Part shown: positions 18,828 through 25,971 of the stretch, piece after piece
How the letters are laid out: each line of letters starts with the position of its first letter
Numbering within the stretch: position 1 is the first letter of the stretch
DNA from: Microcystis aeruginosa NIES-843
Lineage (GTDB): Bacteria; Cyanobacteriota; Cyanobacteriia; Cyanobacteriales; Microcystaceae
Reading direction: 5' to 3'
Assembly: GCF_000010625.1 (NCBI RefSeq)
Contig: NC_010296.1
Span: 3,090,001-3,122,000, forward strand
DNA length: 32,000 bases
The notes under the pieces: model-generated
What the model was told of the DNA's origin: nothing
Seen by the model: only the letters and a program-made list of their open reading frames with translations
Databases searched by the model: none
Position numbers and translations under genes: made by a program

Positions 18828-18855
18828 AATTTAATTTTTTTTGTCCAAAGTCCAA

Positions 18856-19210
18856 AGTCAAGGCTCATATCTTTTTATGTATGTTGGCTTATTATGTGGA
18901 ATGGCATTTAAAACAGTCTTTGGCTCCTTTGTTATTTGAGGATGAAGAAATTGATGATAGTTCTCTGAATGTGATTAAGGCGAGTCGCAGTGAATCGGTG
19001 CAATCTAAAGAGAGAAAAAAACGGAATCAAGAGAACTTTCCTGTGCATAGCTTTCGGACTTTGTTGGAAGACTTAGGGACAATTTGCTTGAATACAGTGG
19101 AATGTACGATTAGGGAGGGAAGTTATCGTTTTTCTAAGATAACTCGACCGACTCAACTGCAACAAAAGGCTTTAGATTTATTAGGAGTTTCCCTGATTTG
19201 TACCCAGTAA
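18856..19210 (+). pseudogene. IS1634-family transposase, fragment 3 of 3 (copy A)
   Basis: VKAHIFLCMLAYYVEWHLKQSLAPLLFEDEEIDD...LLGVSLICTQ*. Includes track ORF 18881..19210, which is ~95% identical to 24293..24616. Confidence 0.85.
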
Positions 19211-19292
19211 CGGGGCGGCGGAAATTCTCTTAATCCCTCCTACAGCATAGGTTATGGCCTTTTGTCAACGGGGAAGTCCAGTTATAGAGGAC

Positions 19293-19710
19293 ATGGAAAT
19301 TAACGACCAACTACTGGCGACCTTAATCAACGCCTCCGACTTCGACCCAGAGCAGATGGGGGCGAGTTTTTGGTATGAAGCTTACCGAAAGCAGAATCAA
19401 GAAAACCAAGGGCTAAAAGCTAGGCTAGATGGGGGAGAGAAAGATAAGCAAGAGCTGGAAGCCAAGGTATGTCAGCTGGAAAAAGAATTAGAACAGTTGA
19501 AAGAAAAGCTCAACAAACTGAGTCAAAGGAACAGTGAGAATAGCTCCCTACCGCCCTCGTCAGATGGGTACAAGAAGAAAAGTCAAGGATTTGAGAGCAA
19601 GGTCAAGAAGAAAAGGGGTCCGAAATATGGTCACGAGGGAACAACTCGCAATGGCTTTGAGCGAATAGACAATCAGATCGAACTTACCCTTGAAAATTGT
19701 CCGGTCTGTG
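19293..19710 (+). pseudogene. IS66-family transposase (TnpC-like), N-terminal fragment truncated by IS1380 copy 3
   Basis: MEINDQLL... followed by a coiled coil (QELEAKVCQLEKELEQLKEKLNKLSQRNSENSSLPPSSD), a basic patch and CPVC, which is the typical IS66 TnpC N-terminus. It ends at the IS IRL. The first 13 codons of the track ORF come from the IS1634 end and the short IS66-like leader (19282..19292), and its tail comes from the IS1380 IR. Confidence 0.6.
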
Positions 19711-21698
19711 CCCGCATTTCTCACAAAAAGTACGATCACCAACCCCCGAAGCCTTACAAAATCTGGGTTTTGACTGGGTGATCGCCTTGTAGCAAAAACG
19801 ACAGTGTGTTGTTAGGATTCAACTTAAGCTCATCATCAATTAGACCTTGAAAAAAGAACAAATTTAAAATGAGTATTTTTAGGTTAATTAGTTGATAAAG
19901 TCTCAATTTTAAGTAGAGAATGAAGTCAAAAGCTTGCTATAATTTAATCATTAAAACTATTTAAAGTATGTCAAGTTTATGACTCCTAGTTCAGACCAGT
20001 CTCGACTCAATCAATTAAATTTTGGAAACCTCAATGGAAGACAAGTAATCGCTAATTTTGAGGGAGGAAAAATCACCTCAGATGCAGGAATTATTTTGAT
20101 GGCAGAGTTAGACCAAAAGCTAAAAATAACGGCTCGGTTTGCCGAATGTTTTCGAGATTATCGAAATTCATCCTATCTAGATTATTCAGTTCATGAACTA
20201 CTCGCACAAAGAGTTTATGGGATAGTTTTGGGATATGAGGATGTCAATGATCATGATAAATTACGTCATGCTCCAGCTTTAGCAATAGCATTGAAAAAAC
20301 TAAATTTTATTGACTCAGCCCAAGCAAATTTAGCGGGAAAAAGTACAATTAATCGACTAGAATATTGTCCGGAAACAGTCATCAATCAAGAGAACAGTCG
20401 TTACCATAAAATCGAGCCTAACCCCAAAGAAATTGAAAAAGCTTTTGTGGACATCTTTCTAGAATCCTACAAAAAGCCACCGAAACCAATTATTTTAGAC
20501 ATGGATGTCACCGATGACCAAGTGCATGGAAATCAAGAGGGAGCGTTTTTCAATACTTATTATAAAGGAGTGTGTTATGCTCCTTTGTATATTTTCTGTG
20601 AGCATCATTTATTAGTAGCTAAACTCCGGTCTTCTCATGTAGATACTGCTGGGGGAGCATTAGAAGAATTGCAGCGAATAATCGGTATAATTCGAGAAAA
20701 ATGGTCAGATACGCAGATATTAGTACGAGGAGATAGTGCCTATTCCCGTGAAGATATCATGAAATTTTGCGAAAGTCAAGCAGGAGTTGATTATGTTTTA
20801 GCAATGGCAACGAATAGTCAATTAAAATTACGAGCGACCGATGTAATTGAGAAAGCTAAGGCAGATTACGAGCAAAGACTTCAGCCAGTTACTGAATTAA
20901 TGGAGACGTTATTTTCTCCCGATGAAGAGTTAGGAGAATTGGCGAAATTGGTACCAGAATCGACTTGGTATCGTTCCCTATGTTATCAAACCCAAAAATC
21001 CTGGAGCCGTTCAAGAAGAGTGGTGACAAAAGTTTGTCCTGGTAGTGAGGGCGTAAAAATTCGCCACGTTGTGACTTCTTTACCTGCATCAAAGATTCCC
21101 CCATCTAAACTTTACACTGAAAAATATTGCCCCAGAGGTGAGAGGTCAAATCGAATTAAAGAGCAACAATTAGACTTATTTGCTGACCGGAATTCGACAC
21201 AGACATTTGAGAGTAATCAATTAAGACTTTGGTTGTCATCAATGGCTTATGTTTTAATGCAAGCTTTTCGTCAAAATTGTTTGGCTAAAACTTCTTTTGC
21301 CAAAGCGACAGTGGGAACAATTCGCCTTAATTTCCTTAAATTAGGAGCTAGAATTACTGTTAGTGTCAGAAGAATTTTAATCGCAATTGCCAGTTCTTGT
21401 CCCTATCAAGATATTTTAGCGATAGCTTACTCTAGAATTCAAGCGATAGCGGGAACTGGATAAGTTGAAGAGTTTTCAAAGATCATTAAATAGTCTTAAA
21501 AATGGCTGCTTATAAATTCAGCTAACTTTGTCGTGAACATTTTCCCTAATTGACGGAATTTTTCCAGTAATTCAGGAATTTTTTGATTAGTTTAGTCAGA
21601 TTATTCCTTGATAACTAAGCGGGTTTCTCTTATTTTTGAAAAACACCAACTTTTAACCTCCAAATTAGGTTCTTAATTCAGTTTGTGAGAAATGCGGG
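19711..21698 (+). mobile_element. IS1380-family insertion sequence, copy 3 (1988 bp)
   Basis: Same IRs and length as copies 1 and 2. I noticed one difference (A at 19872 vs C at 12977). The flanks ...GTCTGTG and AAGAAGAG... share no duplication. Confidence 0.92.
19979..21463 (+). CDS. IS1380-family DDE transposase (494 aa)
   Basis: Identical protein to the other two copies. Confidence 0.92.
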   Translation: MTPSSDQSRLNQLNFGNLNGRQVIANFEGGKITSDAGIILMAELDQKLKITARFAECFRDYRNSSYLDYSVHELLAQRVYGIVLGYEDVNDHDKLRHAPALAIALKKLNFIDSAQANLAGKSTINRLEYCPETVINQENSRYHKIEPNPKEIEKAFVDIFLESYKKPPKPIILDMDVTDDQVHGNQEGAFFNTYYKGVCYAPLYIFCEHHLLVAKLRSSHVDTAGGALEELQRIIGIIREKWSDTQILVRGDSAYSREDIMKFCESQAGVDYVLAMATNSQLKLRATDVIEKAKADYEQRLQPVTELMETLFSPDEELGELAKLVPESTWYRSLCYQTQKSWSRSRRVVTKVCPGSEGVKIRHVVTSLPASKIPPSKLYTEKYCPRGERSNRIKEQQLDLFADRNSTQTFESNQLRLWLSSMAYVLMQAFRQNCLAKTSFAKATVGTIRLNFLKLGARITVSVRRILIAIASSCPYQDILAIAYSRIQAIAGTG

Positions 21699-21894
21699 AA
21701 GAAGAGATTTGCTCTATTGCTTCGGGAGCCGTTGAATCCACGGTTAAACAGATTGACCGACGACTGAAAATTTCTGGAGCCCAGTGGAATGAAGAAAATA
21801 TCCCTCAAGTGCTTAAACACCGCTGTGCTTACCTAAATAACAGTCTTTAGCTATTGAATAGTATTTATGTTCTGACAAAACTGACTTGCTCCCC
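21699..21894 (+). mobile_element. ISKra4-like element A, 3' portion
   Basis: Starts at the IS1380 copy 3 IRR with AAGAA. It ends ...TGACTTGCTCCCC (21894), followed by the duplication AAAGCGC (21895..21901). Confidence 0.75.
21704..21850 (+). pseudogene. ISKra4-like transposase, C-terminal 48 codons (the other half of 9433..10347)
   Basis: Own translation EICSIASGAVESTVKQIDRRLKISGAQWNEENIPQVLKHRCAYLNNSL*, colinear with EGISIGSGSVESKIKQIAHRLKITGASWESGNVPQVLRHRCAYLNGCLF of the paralogue at 24659. Confidence 0.8.
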
Positions 21895-21904
21895 AAAGCG
21901 CTCG

Positions 21905-22246
21905 CTACACGAGATCGTCTTCGGAACTAACATCCGAGCTAATAATTGCCTCCGCAATCTGCCGACGTGTGACCCCCGATAAACAAAGGGCGCGGGTTAT
22001 CAGGTCAAGTGAAACCGAGGAATCACCCGATTCAATTTTCGCCACTCGTGACTGGCTCGATTCCATTCTTTTTGCTAACTCTTTTTGAGAAATGTTTTGA
22101 CTTTTTCTAATTTCTTTTAATTTTCTCCCGAGGGCTAGTTTGAGTTCGATAAGCTCGGATTCTACGGGCGTAAGCTCTAGAAATTCCTCTACTGTTCCCA
22201 CCTTCCAGCCCGCCGCTTCTAAAAGTTGACGTTTAGCTAAATCCAT
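21905..22246 (-). CDS. higA: HTH (XRE-family) antitoxin, HigA-like
   Basis: 113 aa with HTH ISQKELAKRMESSQSRVAKIESG. It sits 15 nt downstream of the toxin gene (toxin-first order). Confidence 0.75.
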   Translation of the reverse strand: MDLAKRQLLEAAGWKVGTVEEFLELTPVESELIELKLALGRKLKEIRKSQNISQKELAKRMESSQSRVAKIESGDSSVSLDLITRALCLSGVTRRQIAEAIISSDVSSEDDLV

Positions 22247-22261
22247 GTCCGATCTCCCTTT

Positions 22262-22600
22262 TTAATTGATTGCATCGTAAAGCTTCAAGCGCTTCTGACA
22301 TCTTTCGATCGCTTCTTTCGGTGTTTGATTCGTTTTTTTAGCAAATACCTCCAGAATAATAATCGCGTCCTCATCAATTCGATAAATAATCCGCCATGTT
22401 TTATCTTGATCGTTAACTCGTAACTCTTGACATCTAGCACCGATGCTAGGCATAGGTCTAGAGTGGGGCAAAGAGAGCGACTCTCCCTTTTGCAGCCGTC
22501 GCAACAAATAACCAGCTTCTAGACGGGCTTCTAGGGAAAAAGGAGGAGTTTTCACCTCTCCACTCAACCAAACGATATCTTTATCATTTTTGTTTTGCAT
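22262..22600 (-). CDS. higB: RelE/ParE-superfamily toxin, HigB / phage Gp49-like
   Basis: 112 aa. The WLSGEVKTPPFSLEARLEAGYLLRRLQKGESLSLPHSRPM...WRIIYRIDEDAIIILEVFAKKTNQTP pattern is typical of Gp49-like HigB toxins. Confidence 0.75.
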   Translation of the reverse strand: MQNKNDKDIVWLSGEVKTPPFSLEARLEAGYLLRRLQKGESLSLPHSRPMPSIGARCQELRVNDQDKTWRIIYRIDEDAIIILEVFAKKTNQTPKEAIERCQKRLKLYDAIN

Positions 22601-22614
22601 TTATTATCCCATGA

Positions 22615-22632
22615 TATGTCAAATCTGACATA
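22615..22632. promoter_or_regulatory. Candidate higBA operator palindrome TATGTCA-AATC-TGACATA
   Basis: Perfect 7-bp arms, 15-32 nt upstream of the higB ATG (22600, minus strand). Confidence 0.35.
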
Positions 22633-22776
22633 CGGGCAAGTGGTAAACTGCCTTTTGTATCAGATTTCCTGCGAGCTTGAAGATATATCGCTTTAATGAG
22701 GATATTTATCCAGTTTACAGCGATAATTCCTCAAAAAACGGTGATTAGCTCGGATTCAGCGATTACCCTACCTCTC

Positions 22777-23169
22777 ATGAACCGTCCCCCGATCGACAGC
22801 CAGATCACTTTCATCTACACCCGCGACCTCACCGCCGCGGCGGATTTTTACGAGCGGGTCATGGGCTTTCCCCTGTGGCTGGATCAGGGAAGTTGCCGCA
22901 TCTACCGGGTGAGCGGCGACGGTTATTTGGGCATCTGCCGGGCTAACGAGTCGAGAGCGTCAGGCGAGGGACGACAATCGAATGTCATTTTCACGCTGGT
23001 CACGGAGCGCGTGGACGAGTGGTACGATTACCTGAAACAACAGGGGGTAACGTTTGAGAAACCGCCGTTGTTTAACGAAAAATACCGCATCTATCACTGT
23101 TTCCTCCGCGACCCGGATGGTTATCTCATCGAGATACAGCGATTCGAGTCTAGCGAGGGCGGAAATTAA
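22777..23169 (+). CDS. VOC (glyoxalase/bleomycin-resistance/dioxygenase) family protein
   Basis: Track ORF 22696..23169; start taken at ATG 22777 (MNRPPIDSQITFIYTRDLTAAADFYERVMGFPL...FLRDPDGYLIEIQ). This is the paired beta-alpha-beta-beta-beta VOC pattern. Confidence 0.75.
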   Translation: MNRPPIDSQITFIYTRDLTAAADFYERVMGFPLWLDQGSCRIYRVSGDGYLGICRANESRASGEGRQSNVIFTLVTERVDEWYDYLKQQGVTFEKPPLFNEKYRIYHCFLRDPDGYLIEIQRFESSEGGN

Positions 23170-24038
23170 TCGGTCACTAACCCGTAATACTTCTCTAGCA
23201 TGGTCAGCATTTCCTCTTCTAACGCGCTCAGGTAAGGTCGCTGTAGTTTCCCCAAGATTCCTAAGAAAGCAAGGGCGGTATCTTCCAGTTCTTCCCCTTC
23301 CCTCAGTCTCGACAATCGATCGCATAATCGCCGCACCGTCTGACAGTCCCCTTCGGTGTAGCCCAACTCCTTGAGGTACTCGATTTTAACCAGATCGATC
23401 GCCCCATCGTGAAGTCGCAGGTCGCAGGAGCGCAGGTGAACGGCAGTAACGATCGCCCAACAGTTGTTTTTCCCTTTCAGGCGCGGGTTATCTTTGGCAA
23501 GGATACCGACCACTTCCCCCACCTCGAAAACATTCGCTTTCCCTTTGTCCCGGTATTTACCCACCGTCTCGCGAACGATTCGGTGGTCAGGTGTTCTGCC
23601 CCCAGCTACCGCTACGGCCTCATTCCAGACGGTGGGTTGTTGTTGCGGGGTAAGGACGGCCAGGGGGCGCACCTGATACTCGCTCGATGGTAGGAGCGGG
23701 CAGTTAGCGGCACTCAGGGTTCGGTAGATCGCCGCCCCCGTAATTAAATAGTTGGCCTTCTGACGACTGTGACCGAATCGCCCCCGGCAATAATCCTCGA
23801 AGGAGTCGTACCCGTCCCGGTACAACCGTCGATCTCGCAGTTCTTGCAGGGCGGAACCAGCCTGGTAGAAAGCCCGTTCTACCGTCCGCTCTAACCGCTC
23901 CCTGTCCCTGACCTCCTCCTCGCTCAACGGTCGCGAGGACTGAATTACCTCCACCTCGATCGCTTCTACCCCGCGCCCCGCAGAAGCTAACATTTCATCG
24001 AGTTCGTCTTCTGTCCATTCCAACCGTCTTTTAGCCAT
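23166..24038 (-). CDS. Hypothetical protein (290 aa), GC-rich, possible HTH plus SH3-like C-terminal part
   Basis: Track ORF 23166..24071; likely start ATG 24038 (MAKRRLEWTEDELDEM...). The segment RLYRDGYDSFEDYCRGRFGHSRQKANYLITGAAIY resembles DNA-binding modules of phage/plasmid proteins. No confident family assignment. Confidence 0.6.
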   Translation of the reverse strand: MAKRRLEWTEDELDEMLASAGRGVEAIEVEVIQSSRPLSEEEVRDRERLERTVERAFYQAGSALQELRDRRLYRDGYDSFEDYCRGRFGHSRQKANYLITGAAIYRTLSAANCPLLPSSEYQVRPLAVLTPQQQPTVWNEAVAVAGGRTPDHRIVRETVGKYRDKGKANVFEVGEVVGILAKDNPRLKGKNNCWAIVTAVHLRSCDLRLHDGAIDLVKIEYLKELGYTEGDCQTVRRLCDRLSRLREGEELEDTALAFLGILGKLQRPYLSALEEEMLTMLEKYYGLVTD

Positions 24039-24221
24039 CGCGTTCATTCTCCCCACCCAGAGCGAACACATAGGACGGTTTGGGAACTAGAGCCTTCAAG
24101 AATACCGTGTCAGCCGTCCAGTAATTGGCTCTCTCTCTCTCGGCCACGGCTAGAAAAACCGCATCGTACAACGTCAGTAAACCGTACATCCAGGCCATCT
24201 CCCACGCCCTCTCTCGAATAT
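24031..24221 (-). pseudogene. PIN-domain (VapC-like) toxin, C-terminal fragment truncated by IS1634-B
   Basis: ...IRERAWEMAWMYGLLTLYDAVFLAVAERERANYWTADTVFLKAL matches the C-terminal PIN pattern (LT.YDA.YLALAE....L.T.D..L). The N-terminal MAFCQRGSP of the track ORF comes from the IS end. Confidence 0.55.
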
Positions 24222-24292
24222 CTGGACTTCCCCGTTGACAAAAGGCCATAACCTGTGCTGTAGGAGGGATTAAGAGAATTTACAGCGCCCCG

Positions 24293-24596
24293 TTACTGGG
24301 TACAAATCAAGGAAACTCCCAATAAATCTAACGCCTGTTGTTGCAGTTGGGTCGGTCGAGTTATCTTAGAAAAACGATAACTTCCCTCCCTAATCGTACA
24401 TTCCACTGTATTCAAGCAAATTGTCCCCAGGTCTTCCAACAAAGTCCGAAAACTATGCACAGGGAGGTTCTCTTGATTCCGTTTTTTTCTCTCTTTAGAC
24501 TGAGCGGATTCACTGCGACTCGCTTTAATCACATTCAGAGAACTATCATCAATTTCTTCATCCTCAAATAACAAAGGAGCCAAAGACTGTTTTAAA
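24293..24596 (-). pseudogene. IS1634-family transposase, C-terminal fragment (copy B)
   Basis: (K)QSLAPLLFEDEEIDDSSLNVIKASRSES...LLGVSLICTQ*. The first residues of track ORF 24293..24616 come from the ISKra4-like end. Confidence 0.85.
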
Positions 24597-25873
24597 GTTT
24601 TAAGGGAGCATCTCACCTTTGCAATAAGTAGAAATGCTTAATGATCTCAATAAAAAAGTTAAAAAAGGCAACCATTTAGATAAGCACAGCGATGACGAAG
24701 GACTTGCGGTACATTACCAGATTCCCAACTTGCACCAGTAATTTTAAGACGATGAGCAATTTGTTTAATTTTTGATTCGACGGAGCCAGAGCCAATGGAA
24801 ATCCCCTCTGCCTGCAAATAACCATAATTGACAATTCGATGTTTATGCTTGTTTAAATAAGTAATAAAATTCTCAACTTGCGGCTCTGACCATCCTTCAC
24901 AACAAGAGATAGCCGCCTCCACTTCCCCCTTCCAGAGAAAACATTTTACCTCCTCAATTCGCTGGAATGACCCGCCAACTTTATAGAGGTTTTCGATTAA
25001 ATGATACCAATCCAATATTTCAATTCTTTCCTGTTTCTCTCCTATCTCACGAAATAAATTCCAGATACCATCATGTCCATCTCCTAAACAAATTAAAGGC
25101 TTGGCCAAAACTTGAGAATTAACCAAATCTAATAAAGCTGAGTTATCTTGAAAAAAAGCCGCTACCCCCAGTTGATGAAAACTCACTGCTTTATAATCAC
25201 GCCAAATTAAGGCTTTTCCCTTGGCAGTTCTTAGTCGTACCTTACCGCCATCTAGGCTCATTTCTTCCACTTCCACTTCTGGGTTAGACGGTAATTCTTC
25301 AAAAGCATAGCGATGTACGAGGCGTTGTTGGGTACTGTGAGAAACAGCAATCCCTGTCAATGATTTGATTTTCTGCGCCGATTTCTCGTAGGATTCATCG
25401 CCACTTAATAGCAAACAGTTCTTCTCTAACATTGGACTCATCTGAGTCCGAGACTTTATTTCTAATTTTTTCGCTTGTTTTTCTGTAATTGGTAATTCCC
25501 CCAAAATACTTTTCACTTTTCTTGTCCGACCAGCTGTTTCTCCTGTGCTTGTTTTGACAAAAAAATACCGATTTCTGGGTTGACATACTGAATCATTAAA
25601 TCTCTGACTGTCTCCTCTATCTCTCCCAAGTTATTAAATTTATTAATTGGGGATTGCTCATAGAGACATTGCCCTAACTCTTGACATAACTCTTTAATTC
25701 TTTTTTCATTTTCTGATAACATTGAATTATTCCTCCCATCGAGAGCTATTCTGAATTGTAAGTTATAACTATTATAATCTCATTTCTCTTTGTGATCAAG
25801 TTGAAGATTTTCTAGTTGTTGACGGCTATAAGTATTAATACTCATTGCATAAGTGAGATGCTCCCTGTTTTAA
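24597..25873 (-). mobile_element. ISKra4-like element B (about 1.28 kb), nested in IS1634-B
   Basis: Inverted termini AGGGAGCATCTCAC / GTGAGATGCTCCCT. They are flanked by direct GTTTTAA and by the duplicated target GTTTTAAA (24589..24596 / 25874..25881). The TSD is 7-8 bp, and exact ends are ambiguous in the AAAC-rich target. Confidence 0.75.
24659..25722 (-). CDS. ISKra4-like DDE transposase in two frames (69 aa + 285 aa) joined by a -1 shift at a T7 run
   Basis: Track ORFs 25513..25722 and 24659..25516. ..VNPEIGIF then -1 gives FVKTSTGETAGRTRKVKSILGELPITEKQ... Motifs SLDGGKVRLRT, LGDGHDGIWN, ILDWYHLIENLYKVGGS. The T7 is A7 on the + strand at 25560..25566. Confidence 0.75.
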
Positions 25874-25971
25874 GTTTTAAATGCCATTCCACATAATAAG
25901 CCAACATACATAAGCTAAAACGCACTTAAACCACCTAAAATAGAAATAGTAATTTTAGAAAAATCCTACTT

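Larger units (their letters stand above)
16660..18855 (-). mobile_element. 2.2-kb IS4/IS701-superfamily insertion sequence nested in IS1634-A
   Basis: 16-bp perfect TIRs TTGGACTTTGGACAAA. TSD AGTCAA (16654..16659 / 18856..18861). Its removal restores ...GDRVKAHIFL... as in copy B. Confidence 0.85.
14940..19281 (+). mobile_element. IS1634-family element, copy A (~1.95 kb of its own) with two nested insertions
   Basis: TIRs CTGAACTTCCCC / GGGGAAGTCCAG. Perfect 6-bp TSD TTATAG (14934..14939 / 19282..19287). The transposase is split three ways by a 181-bp MITE and a 2.2-kb IS. Confidence 0.85.

Noticed and set aside
7444-19711. Reciprocal inversion junction: IS1380 copy 1 IRR flank as the continuation of the IS66-type transposase cut at 19710
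   Set aside because: There is no shared duplication (..TCTTGA vs ..GTCTGTG). None of the three minus-strand frames below 7444 continues an IS66-like sequence after CPVC.
12816-21698. IS1380 copies 2 and 3 (direct orientation) as a composite transposon
   Set aside because: The outer flanks (TTGT at 12812..12815 and AAGAA at 21699..21703) do not match. Copy 2 has its own duplication and the intervening DNA is only other IS debris.
22960-23693. Cluster of overlapping ORFs (22960..23325, 23054..23374, 23409..23693, 23464..23676)
   Set aside because: These are alternative frames of the VOC and 290-aa genes. Long spurious ORFs are expected in GC-rich DNA, and none has family features.
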